Shown here: in pieces, positions 52,993-64,000 of the stretch
Layout of the letters: each line of letters starts with the position of its first letter
Numbering within the stretch: the stretch's first letter is position 1
NCBI GenBank assembly: GCA_951406725.2
Contig: OX597822.1
Location: forward strand, 6,014,001 to 6,078,000
Reading direction: 5' to 3'
From: Octopus vulgaris
Taxonomy: Eukaryota
DNA length: 64,000 nt
The notes under the pieces: generated by a model
The model's input: only the letters and a program-made list of their open reading frames with translations
Told to the model about the DNA's origin: nothing
Database searches by the model: none
Position numbers and translations under genes: made by a program

Positions 52993-53506
52993 AATATACG
53001 AAGCCCAGTATACCCATCATGACTACCGGTCTGATAAAGGTACACCAGACACATGCATCACAACCATATGTGCGCGACATGGTGATCTCATATCGAGATA
53101 AACAGCACATGACCTTGCAGGTGGGGCCCAGTTAGAATTTTCTCCTGGTTGAGTAACCCGTCCTGCTCAAACGGTTCCTGAATAAGGGCTGTTTAAGGAT
53201 GTTGAACGAAACACCTATGTTTCCAGAGGTGAATTATTCAAACCCCAAAGAATTCCTCTCAACACATGGCTATGATGCTCCCCCACTACTTCTGCTCGTG
53301 ATCAGGTATGCACATATCGTCAGCTACTGAAGGACATGCTCAACTGGTTAAGGTCAAACAACTGACAAGCAAATCTGTGGTATTGAGCAGAATATTTGCT
53401 GTAGCCCATCTTTTATACCAAGACAAAACAATGTACAGGATAACACTTCCAATCAGTTAAGATCAGAAGCCATGAGAGCCACTGCCTGGTACTGCATCAG
53501 GGCATC
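52993..53506. mobile_element. ~510 bp complex-sequence insertion flanked on both sides by (ATT)n
   Basis: Abrupt, more GC-rich sequence between ATT runs at 52975-52991 and 53507-53525. Probably a microsatellite-targeting retroelement end. Confidence 0.5.
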
Positions 53507-53720
53507 TTATTATTATTATTATTATTTACATTATTTACAATGATGGATATTTGTCCTCATCTTGTCTGTTGTTCACACAACGATTCGGCTGAGATACCAT
53601 CCAGCCTTCATGGATTCTAATTCCTAAGGTATTTTTTCTACTAAGATATTTGCGAAGCGTTGTATTAATACAGCACTTCGCAAATATCTCCTTCAAGTAA
53701 AACCACCAGTAGAAGAGAAT

Positions 53721-54035
53721 ATGACCCAAAACTGCGTGTACTCCATCCCATGCAGCTGTGGTAGGTTATACAAAGGCGAAACATGCCGCCCCCTCAAAAT
53801 GAGGGTAGACGAACATCGCAAAGCTGTGACACGAGGAGATATTGATAAATCGGGTATAGCTGATCATATATGGAAAAATGGAGACCACCTCCCCCTGTGG
53901 TATGAAGCTAAAATAATAGACAGAGAACACTACTGGAAAATACGAAAACTAAAAGAAGCAGCACATATGCTAGGACACAACAACCTCCTGAGCAATACAA
54001 GTGCAGATATGAGTAGCATATGGGAACCGGTATAA
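53721..54035 (+). pseudogene. GIY-YIG endonuclease domain of a 5'-truncated Penelope/Poseidon-type element
   Basis: CVYSIPCSCGRLYKGET.RPL..RV.EH...SGIADH..W....IIDRE.....RKLKEA. Confidence 0.92.
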
Positions 54036-54091
54036 AGGAAGGATAGGAAAATATTAGATTTATAAACTGTAAAATTCAGCTCATAATTGTT

Positions 54092-54170
54092 CACGGACAT
54101 ATGGTGTAATGGTTAAAAGCGCGGGCTACTAACCCCAAGATTCTGAGTTCGATTACAAGCAGTGACCTTA
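54092..54170 (+). other. tRNA-derived segment in the 3' UTR of the Penelope element
   Basis: A box tggtgtaatgg, anticodon-like arm gcggg-ctactaa-cccca, B box gttcgattac. Homologous to 60703-60781(-). Confidence 0.75.
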
Positions 54171-54248
54171 ATAATAATAGTAACACTGGTAGGTCTGAGT
54201 TTGTGAAAATTCTGGTGCTATTTCTAGTTTGATGAACGTCTGGTTAGA

Positions 54249-55175
54249 ACAGGGGTGTCAAACATACGACCTATATCAATGTTTTGTCAAGCTTACGGTT
54301 CAATTCTATTAAATAAGATATTATTTTATTTTAAAATATTCTGTAATATATATATATATATCGTTTTCCACTTTTGGCACAAGTCCAGCAATTTCGGAGA
54401 GGGCGATTATATCGACCACAGTGCTTAACTGGTACTTAATTTATCGACCCTGAGAAGACGAAAGGAAAAGTCGACCTCGGCAGAATATGAACTCAGAACG
54501 TAAAGAAATGCCGTTAATCACGTTCCCCGGTGTGCTAACAATCCTGACAACTCGCCGCCCTACTCTGTAGACAATACATCGCTAGTACATGCTCAGAGCT
54601 GACACGAAGTTTGATTAAAATCAGGCTCTTGTTCGTCAAATCAGTGAACCTTAAGGAATCTTTTGTTATCTTACGCAATGAAAAAGAAGATTACGACAAA
54701 GGAGCATAGAAATCCAAATACTGAAACACGTGACATGTTTTCAAATCACGTTCTCTATAGACGTCAAGCGAACCGGAAGTTGGTTTTAATTTCTAATTAC
54801 GTGTTTGTTCGAATGTATTCTAGTGATACATAAAAGATATTGAAAAGTTTTACATCCGAAACGGTGCAAGCTTTCTATCAAACGTTGGTCTGCAAGCATT
54901 TATTTGGACAATTTCTATCATCGTTCACTCTCTAAGGATTCTTACTTAAGACGACTCCATTTATATTATGTGGATGTAACTTCTCGTTACACTAATTTTA
55001 CTCGCACCACATATTCGTTCCGTTATTTATTGCTAATAAAAAATGTTGGCGCTCGTTATCTGTTCATTTTGATCTAAATTATGAATAAGATATTTCAGAA
55101 TAATTGTCTCTGACCGGTTCAGGAGATCGAGTCTATACTACATTCCGGCCACAAAGCCGAACGAGTCTGACCCCA
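54249..55175 (+). mobile_element. Decayed hAT (Charlie-like) element
   Basis: 5' TIR-like caggggtgtcaaac and 3' gagtctgacccc. MKKKITTKEHRNPN resembles a Charlie transposase N-terminus. Confidence 0.5.
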
Positions 55176-55899
55176 TCCTCCTAAGGGTAAAGTAGCTTGG
55201 AGGGGGTTAATCCTTCTCCCAGCTATACAGACGAGCAAATTATCCACAATAGTGAAAAAGAAAGAATCACTCTTCATTTCGATAGTATTGTTGCTTAGAA
55301 CTGTTTGTTAATTTTGCCCTGTGTCAATCATTCACAATATGCAGTCAACCCTTTGAATGTTAAGTATTTTAGTTATCAATGCAGGCTCCCCACCAACAAC
55401 TCCGGTCGTAGATTACATATATTCGTCAGAGTAGAGGACTCAATCCTTGAGACCTCCGCTTCTTTCTTTCCTCCAGGACTTATAAAATTAGTACCAGTAA
55501 TTAGTCAATTTAATTAGCTATATATTCCACTCATGCTAAATCAGGCGTATGTATAATCAAACTTTAAAAATCAATTAACTAATTATGAGAGTGTAAAAAC
55601 TAGCCGAGTGAGTAGATCTATCGACTAAATACGTTATTTCTCTGTTTACTTCCGCCACTTCCAGCGCCGACCAACAATATTTTTACCTTTCATTCTTCCG
55701 AGGTCGATCAAATAAGTACTAGTATTATCGTGACATCGATCCAATCGATTAGACAATAGTTGTTAGTGACAAAGAAATCAATATTGTGATTATTAAAACC
55801 AAACTAAAGACATATCTTTAAGGAAGTAATATAAAATAAAATATTTTTATTAATTTGTTCAGCTGGTTGGAGAAGTTAATAAACTTTTAACCTCTAAGG

Positions 55900-57990
55900 C
55901 AAATCTTTCCGCTAAATTATGATAAACACCAGGACCGCTTCTTAATTTACAATATCATCCTACATATCTAGTTGAACTCTTTCACGCTATGAATGACATT
56001 TAAGTAGTCTAAGAAGCTGAACAACTTCTCACCAAATCAACTTCTAAAGTACACTAAAAGACCTTTCCATAGCCTCAAGCATAATTAAAACGATAGTCCA
56101 TTTTGTATTGAGAAGAACAAAAGCGATTAAAATGACTGATAATTTCTACTGGAGAAGTCAGATGTCAAGAGATTCTTCAGAGAATAATCAACGAATTTAC
56201 TAAAGAATATAAGATAATGATTTAAACTAACTTCTATAGCTAATTATTTGGAACGAGAGTATGGAACTGTAACAGCCATTATGTTCGACTTGATAACTAG
56301 AAGAAATAAAAACAAATAAATAAAATATTCTCCTTTGACATAACATATATCTATACTGTCTCTGCTTTTTTTTTATTTGTAAGCATCATCTGTTTTTTTT
56401 TTTATAAATGGTGTCATCTCTCGATTACAGCTGTTTCGCTTCGTTTACTCTATAAATGTTCATGAGGAGTGGACGTCAGAAAATCTCACAATTCTTTTTT
56501 ACAGTGGCAGGCATAGTTGTGTACTTAAGAAATTCGCTTTGCAAACCATGTGGTTACATGTTCGATTCCCATTGCGCGGCACTTTAGGCAAGTGTTGTTA
56601 ACTGTAGTCTTTGTGTGTAGAATATGGTTGAAGAATAAAAGGGAAAAGGAAATGAAACTCATCGTATATACACAGTTACCCATACGCACACGCACTCACA
56701 CAAACATATGTATATTGAGCAGCCAACCCGACGAATTGCGGATAGTTGCCGTATACTCACCAGTTCACTCATAAGGCTTGTGGCGACTTGAGTCTATGAT
56801 AGAGGGATACTTGTGTCTATAATAAGTTTATGAGAATACGTGCCACACAGTGAGATCAAACCTGACGCCCCTGGATTCAGAAGCGAACTTCATTACCACA
56901 TATCCATACATGCATACATATTTCGAACCAAGTGGTGTAATCCTGACCGGATGAGACAAGAAACGGCTTCGATTTTTGGTGGGAATTAATATATTTCATT
57001 TATATTATTAACATGGCTTCTATATCTTCAAGGTGATGGGCTTGCAGCGGTCCTAGCATACTGGGAAAAATACTCAGCAGCATTTTGTCCATATTTCCGT
57101 TCTGAGTTCAAATTTCGCCGAGATCGACTTCGCCTTTCATCTTTTTGGAGTCGGTAAAATATGTTCACCTTGAACCTTGGGGTCCAATTGCTGGCCTTGC
57201 GCCAAAAATTGAAACCACTATGTCTTCTTTATCTGTAAGGTGGTGAGCTGACAGAATCGTTATCGTGCCGGGCAAAATTTTAAGGGGCATTTTGTCCGTC
57301 TTTAAGTTCTGAGTTCAAATTCCCCCGAGATCGACTTTGTCTTTCACCCTCTCGGGATTGATAAAATAAGTACTAATCGAACAATTAAAGTTGATGTAAT
57401 CGACTTGCCCCCTCCCTCGAAATTGCTGCCTTCCTGCCAAAATGTGAAACCAGTACGACTTCTGTATCTTTTATTCAGGAGGAGAAGGTAGTCATCATAG
57501 GTTTTTCAGGGTCTCCAAACACCGCTGGCTGAAAATTATTCTTAAACCAGAGACGTGGCCGGAATGCTTGTATTAGACTGGATTCCACTAAAAGTAGCTA
57601 AGGTGACAGTTAGTGGTGTTAAGACGGTTGACGGATTAAGTCTATAACGCAAGTAGGCCATGGTGCGATTTGAAATCGCACACACAAGATACACACACAA
57701 GAAAACAGGACAGATATATAGGACAATGTAACAAGACAAATATAATACATTCGGTCTAGATTTCTTGCAGATCCGTCAATTCGCTCCCACAGATTGGAAC
57801 AATTTTGCTGACTCCTAAAGGAAGAAAGTTAAAATTGACTTCATTGACTTCAGTGTCATTTGAACTCTGACTACATAGAGTCAAACTAAATAATGCAAGG
57901 CAATCTATCCAAAGCTCTGATGACTCAATCAATGTCTCACCAGAGGAAGTCTTCGAGGTGCTGCTAAGGACATCAGCACTCACTCTTCTC
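55900..57990 (+). pseudogene. PB1: Candidate endogenous viral element 2: decayed PB1-like polymerase, interrupted by SINEs at ~56500-57460
   Basis: RLK*LIIST (56124-56150) and SFDIT (56331-56345) lie in one frame 63 codons apart (T to D). After the SINEs: VFQGLQ..RDVAGMLVLDWIPLK..GVKTVDGLSL..FEIAHTRY..YIRSRFLADP. Confidence 0.65.
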
Positions 57991-59431
57991 TTAAACAAAT
58001 TTACAAGAAAAAAAGAAGCGTCACATAATCTAATTTCCGTCTAACATAAATCCCATCTCTCAAGGCTATGTAAATTTTGAATATGAGTTTGCGTTTTACA
58101 AAGTAATGAAGCATAAATATTCATCAATTAATATATAGCACAGTAAGTGTTCTGTCATGTCCCAAGGTAAATTACTTGACGCCATATGCTTAATTAAAAA
58201 GTGCTTACTGTAGTTGCTAACTTTCGTAGTGGCAGTGACTGCGGCAAATTGCGGAATTTTGTGCATTATCCAGTTTCATTTTATTGTCATTTTCTCGGAG
58301 TGAAGATGGATTAATAGAATATTTTGAGCGTCCAAAGTTCAAATATTGCCGAAGTCAATTTTGATCTTTATAACAACGGGACTGAAAAAATAAAATACCG
58401 AATTTGAATTGAGGGTGATTCAATCGCCTGTACCTTCCTCACCAAAAAACGTGTACCTATGTTTGAAATTATTATTTTGTCAAAAGATGAAGAATCTCTT
58501 TCAGGAACATTGTGGGTCCTCATAAAATGTTAGGATTGATGATACTGAAATTCGGTAGAACGTCTGGAGGTTGACACATGTATGAAAATTACTTACTGAG
58601 AAGAAATTCTGATGGGCTTTAGCAAAGAATGGTTATGTAAAGTATTTAGAGCGGCGTTTGAAAAATGAGACAGTTTCATGAAAGAAGGCAAGGCGGGGAC
58701 ATCGAGTAGATCAAGTTAAAAGTAGTACGCAGGCAGATGGACAAAAGCGCCAGTCCTAAGAGCAGAAGAAACAGAGTCCTGCACGGGGGGTCGGAGTGTG
58801 TGAGTTTTTCTCAATAAACCGGATATATATTGTGGAATGAGTCCGAGATGCTTTTAACATCTATTCATGTTCATCGAAAAGGATTAGATCAACTCGTGTA
58901 TGTAACTGAAGATAGGCGCTCAAACTATCACACAGTGAGAGCGAACCTGGAACCATAGACTGTGAAGTGAAATCCTTAACTCCACACCTGTGCAACAGCA
59001 GCAACAGCAGCAACACTGTTTTGATGAAATTCCTACAAGTGTAGGGTGCTAACTATTTCAATTAATTTAGTAGTTACAATGGAAAATAAAAGGAACGGCT
59101 ACATAAATGCATTAGCGGAACTGGTATGCATTGATATAACCATCTCGGAACTCTTTGAAACCACGTAGTTTCGGATTCGGGTTAAATCTTACTTGGGCAA
59201 CTGATTTCAACCATAGCACCAGACCGGCCAATGCCCCTTACACTTGTTTCATTTGTCGTTTTGAAGAGTTTAGCATTGAAGGAATTGATCGATTCAAGTA
59301 TTTAGTTTTAGGTGTAGCACTGATTATGTCGTTCCCTTTTAACCGAACTGGTAGGTCTCTAGAACCAAACAAATCAACACTAATCATGAAGCAAAGAGAT
59401 ATAAACACACACACACACACACACACCACAC

Positions 59432-59512
<81 letters not shown>

Positions 59513-60499
59513 CACACAAAAGAACACAAGCATATATAAAACAGGCCTCCCCACTGTTTCTATGTTCTAAATTTACTCACAAAACATGATTTTCTTTCCC
59601 AAGACCTTAATCGAAGACACTTACCCAGGGTGCCACGCAGTGTGACTGAACTCGAAACCAAGTGGCTACGAAGCGAAATTCTTAACTGCAGAGTCGTGTC
59701 TACGCCAATAAGGCAGAAGTAATGGAGTTAATGTAGTAAGGCAAGCAATCAACAAGTTAACTTGTGTGGAACACATAGTTTTTGAACCAGCAGCAATTTC
59801 CAAGAACAGTATTAATGGACGTTAACGAAAGAATCTCCAGGGAAAACAAATATCAATTTTTCAATCATAAGCAGCTGCTTACGACATGATAAACACATCG
59901 CATCATACTGCCTTGTTTGAAACCTTTGAACACAAAAGATGGTGACTGCTAGAAGAGCTAGAAGAATGGCACTCCGTCGGTTACGACGACGGGGGTTCCA
60001 GTTGATCCGACCAACAGAACAGCCTTGCACGTAAAATCATCGTGCATGTAGCTGAGCACTCCATAGACATGTGTACCCTCAATGTAGTTCTCAGGGAAAT
60101 CCAGCGTGACACAGGGGGGTGACAAACCTGGCCCTTTCAAATACAGATACAACTCGTTTTTGCTAGCTGAGTGGACTGGAGCAAGTTGAAATAAAGTGTC
60201 TCGCACAAGCACACAACGCATCGCCGGGAATTGAACTTACGACCTTACAATCGTGAGCCGAATACCCTAACCACTAAGCCACGCACCTTCACGCAAAGAA
60301 CAAGAAGAAGAACAACAGCAACAACTACACAAACAACAACAGCAACAACAATAACAACCAAAAGAGACCGATGGAATAAGTACCAGACTTTAAAATAAAT
60401 GGTGTCGATTTAATAGACTAAACTCTTCCTGATGATGATGCTTCAGCCTGGCCGCAGTCCAATACTGAAACAAGTGTAAGAACAAAAGAGTTAACTTGC

Positions 60500-60842
60500 T
60501 TGTTTATATAGTTTTATATTTAAGAGATGAGGAATTATGTACATTATTTACGTTATTTACATTTGACGGATATTAGTCCTCATCGTGTTTGTTGTTAACA
60601 CAACGTTTCGACTGATATACCCTCCAGCCTTCTTCAGATGTCTTGCGGGAAATTTTGAACCTGGATTCTTATTCCTAAGGTATTTTTCGATGTTATTATC
60701 ATTCAGGTCACTGCTTGGAATCGAACTAGGAATCTTGGGGTTAGTAGCCCACGCTCTTAACCACTACACTATATGCCCGTGCGCAAACAAGACGAGGACA
60801 AATATCCGTCGAATTTAAATAATATAAATAATGCAAATAATG
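60500..60842 (-). mobile_element. Non-autonomous Penelope-related element: inverted tail, tRNA-like head, hammerhead, tail
   Basis: Inverted repeats at 60536-60596 and 60784-60842; head 60703-60781. All parts are homologous to the element at 53520-54170. Confidence 0.8.
60597..60642 (-). ncRNA. Minimal type I hammerhead ribozyme
   Basis: gacau-CUGAAGA-a-ggcug/gaggguauau/caguc-GAAA-cg-UU-guguu. Confidence 0.85.
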
Positions 60843-61696
60843 TTCGTTTATATTTCTGTAATCGATCTGTTGGGTGAAAAATTAAAATCAGACTTAAAAT
60901 TAAATATTGGGATCGATTTGACAGAACTATCCTATCCCATTAAGATGTCCCAGCATGACCACGATCCAATTACTGTGACAATTAAAAGAAGTAAAGAATT
61001 AACTGCCAACTAGCGATCAAACAACTTCCTAAAAGTTGTAATTAAACAATTCTGAAATCACATACCTCCGTTTTTGTTGTTGTTAAGCAACAAGACGAGT
61101 AAGGGTGATTAGGTGATGGTCTAGAGCTTAGGGGCGGGAGACCCCAGACCTTGAAAAAAAAGTTTGGTCGTCATGTTGTAGTCGACGGCTTTTCGTTGAC
61201 GCCCGAGACCACTGGGAGGTGGCCCTCGAAGTCACTGGAAATGGAGATCTCCAGGTCCAATTTCTTGGACGGCTACCGCCGTTTAAAACGCGTAAGTCTA
61301 CCTTTGATAATGAAGTCCCAGATACATTATAAACTTTAAAAAAAAGTTACAGGACGGACATAACTGAAACACCATTGACAAATAGACATAATCGATCAGA
61401 TGTAATTTAAGCTTAAACAACAACAAAAGAGCAGCGACCAAGGTTTCAACAACTACATCACCAGTAACAACAGCAGCACAGTAATGTGGTCAACAAATAT
61501 TCCTCCTTTGAGATATTTCTCCATCTACAGGAAGTCAGAACCAGTTATGAAGAACGTCTATCACAAGGTCACATCTTTAAATTGTTTAAACTTCCAGTAA
61601 TATGGTGCAAGGGATCGATTTCGGCTTGATATGTAGGGAGTAAAATAAATAAGTAAAGATTCATTCAGATGAGGCGCAGTTATTATTGCTATCATA

Positions 61697-62190
61697 GAAG
61701 GCGGTGAGCTGGCAGAAACGTTAGCACGCCGGGTGAAATGCGTAGCCGTATTTCGTCTGTCGTTACATTCCGAGTTTGTCCCCTCTGTGTTTAGTCCCTT
61801 GTGGGTAGTAAAGAAATAGGTATTTCGTCTGCCGCTACGTTCTGAGTTCAAATTCCGCCTTTCATCCGACTTTGCCTTTCATCCTTTCGGGGTCGATAAA
61901 TTAAGTACCAGTTACGCACTGGGGTCGATGTAAGCGACTTAATCCCTTTGTTTGTCCTTGTTTGTCCCCTCTGTGTTTAGCCCCTTGTGGGTAGTAAAGA
62001 AATAGGTATTTCGTTTGCCGATACGTTCTGAGTTCAAATTCCGCCGAGGTCGACTTTGCCTTTCATCCTTTCGGGGTCGATAAATTAAGTACCAGTTACG
62101 CACTGGGGTCGATATAATCGACTTAATCCGTTTGTCTGTCCTTGTTTGTCCCCTCTGTGTTTAGCCCCTTCTGGGTAGTAAAGAAATAGT
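61697..62190 (+). mobile_element. Family A SINE head-to-tail multimer (3 units)
   Basis: Repeated junction aaagaaata|ggtatttcg at ~61818 and ~62003. Confidence 0.92.
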
Positions 62191-62619
62191 TATGAGAGCA
62201 TCAGAAAATTTTTTTTGCGCTATTTGTTCCAGTTCTTTACGTTCTGAGTTCAAAATCTCGCCAAGGTCGAGACTTTGCTTTCATTCTTTAGATCGATAAA
62301 ATAAAGTACCAGTCTCGTACTAGGTTTGATATAGTCGACTATCCACTTTCCTCAAAACTGCTGGAGTTATTCTTAAATTAGGAGAAAAAGTATTACGTCA
62401 GAAGCGTTACATCAGGAAAAAAATAAACCTTGCACCATTTGATTCAGCTATACGTTCTGAGCTCAAATCATGCCAAGATCAACTTTGCTTTTCATCCTTT
62501 CGGGGTTAATAAAATAATGAACCTGTTAAACATTAGATTCGACAAAATCAAAACTGGACCCTTCTCCCTAAAACTGCTCGTCTTGGGCGAATGATTGAAG
62601 CAGTTATTATCATTATTTA

Positions 62620-63330
62620 GCTTCAGGATCTTGAACGCGTCTTTGATCCATAGCGTTTCAGTCATAACCGTGAAACGGATAGACTCAATCCGTCGCCTAG
62701 TTTAACACCTCCATGGAAGACTTCAGAGGAATCCACTCAGTCGCAAGCATCCGGAACAGGTCCCGTGATTCAAGAGAACTTTTCCCTACCTTCCAACAGT
62801 CTTGGAGGCCATAAAAGACTTCCCCCCTTTGATCATGTCATTAAAAATATATCTTAATTTCCGATTGTATATCATATCTGTATCTTTGATGACATTACCC
62901 AATGTGTTAATATTGTTTCGATACGGTTGTGTATAATTTAAGAGAGATTTAACTGCCCCTTCTAACATGTCATTTGAAAGCGTAGGCTGTATCCTTGGCA
63001 TTAAGACAGTGTTTAATGATATTCAAATATATTCCGAGTAGGAGTTGCCTTAAAAACTATGGAAAGCGATAGTTGCTGCATTAATCACTCCTCAAATTTA
63101 AAACAAAGAAAACGTTAGAACATAGAAGTGCTTATGTTTCTTTAAAAGCGAACAAAAGATTCAACTGCCTCTCAGCATTCACTGAGAGTGATGCTAGCAA
63201 TACGAACGAAGAAATAAGCCGCTGTAAATCTTCGAATACAACAAACACAAGCCGTTTTCCCCTCCTTTTCTTTCTTAATAAACTTCTCTGATGTAAGATT
63301 CTGCTGTCTTCTAATTTCGTCAATTTACAC
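62620..63330 (-). pseudogene. PB1: Candidate endogenous viral element 3: decayed PB1-like polymerase (motifs C-E and downstream)
   Basis: TAAYFF (one nt each from TADDFF), TLSEC*EAVESFVR, FVLNLRSD*CS (cf. GxNxSxKK), SEYI* (cf. EFTS), then NDMIKGGEVFYGLQ..RDLFRMLATEWIPLK..GVKLGDGLSL, which aligns with elements 1 and 2. Confidence 0.65.
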
Positions 63331-64000
63331 AGATCAATAAATAAATAGGAAAATAAATTAATAATTAAATAAATGCATTAATCAATAACTAATACAAATT
63401 CTATAAATCGTTACTTATTTGTTTATTTTAAAATTTAAAATATTCCTTTAATTAACTAATTAACTGTTTCCTTGTGAACATGTCTTCTACATGTCATAAT
63501 ACTTGTTAATTACATGAAGTCCATGCTTGTTATGAAGGAAGAAATTTTACAACTGTAAACATACACATCCACATACACGCACTTACATATATCAACGCAC
63601 ATATACACACAACACACACAATCTCTCTTGTTAGCTACAGACTTTAATTTCTTTAATATAGAAGCTTTTGAGTAATTACATCATAGTGCACGTTGTTTAT
63701 GGATTAATTAATATTCCATAATTCATAGGATAATTAGGAGACCGGTGTTCTCTACGATCTGTGTTGTTAAGGAAATCATCAATCGCCCAAAGGGATAACG
63801 TGTCTTTTGCTGTCACATTCACCTAACGCTTAGCAGCTAACTTAATTGCGGTTAGGAGTTGCGGTTAAGCGCACCTCTCTGTTGTAAGCAGTCACAGCTG
63901 GGCATGCATGCACGAAGGCGAGTAGCTTAGGGATCGGGGTCATTGGCCACGCGATCGTAAGGTCATGATTTTCATTGCCGGTTGGCATTGTTTTCTTGAG

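Noticed and set aside
52354-53054. Long ORFs (222, 212 and 163 aa), plus similar ones at 2560-2997, 22248-22885 and many YI/CV/HT repeats
   Set aside because: Translations of microsatellites. The Met-rich ones are not reflectins because there is no reflectin motif.
54727-54780. E-box, CRE-like and ETS motif cluster as a host promoter
   Set aside because: It lies within a probable decayed hAT transposase region, with no downstream exon.
57756-57998. Minus-strand 80 aa ORF with an acceptor-like pyrimidine tract, as a host exon
   Set aside because: No recognisable protein and no partner exons. It is better explained as the antisense shadow of the plus-strand EVE 2 frame.
62680-62712. GVKLGDGLS as the non-LTR RT GVxQG motif
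   Set aside because: The Gln is absent, no YADD follows, and the homologous copies conserve DG rather than QG.

Overview
AT-rich animal genomic DNA saturated with microsatellites. The SINE repertoire and the microsatellite density point to an octopod cephalopod (inference). I found no intact host gene, and nearly all listed ORFs are translations of microsatellites, SINEs or decayed elements. The window is a nested transposon graveyard. It holds at least four tRNA-derived SINE families, decayed RTE-type LINEs, two Penelope-like elements (Naiad-type and Poseidon-type), a decayed Gypsy, two mariners, a Tigger/pogo, a hAT-like remnant and a non-autonomous Helitron. Two signals lie outside the ORF track. 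(1) Three mutually divergent, intronless, decayed sequences at about 10.7-12.0 kb (-), 55.9-58.0 kb (+) and 62.6-63.3 kb (-) can be aligned by eye to each other and to polymerase motifs F, A, C, D, E and the C-terminal DG/EEYKxR region of orthomyxovirus-like PB1. They form a candidate cluster of endogenous negative-strand RNA virus elements. An old inverted duplication of a coding-like sequence at 35.2-36.7 kb, which could yield hairpin RNA, lies between them. (2) At least five type I hammerhead ribozymes, plus degenerate ones, sit in small Penelope-related elements. One of these elements joins a tRNA-derived Pol III head to a hammerhead. All alignments and folds were made by eye and reference motifs were recalled from memory. 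Coordinates of degenerate elements are approximate.
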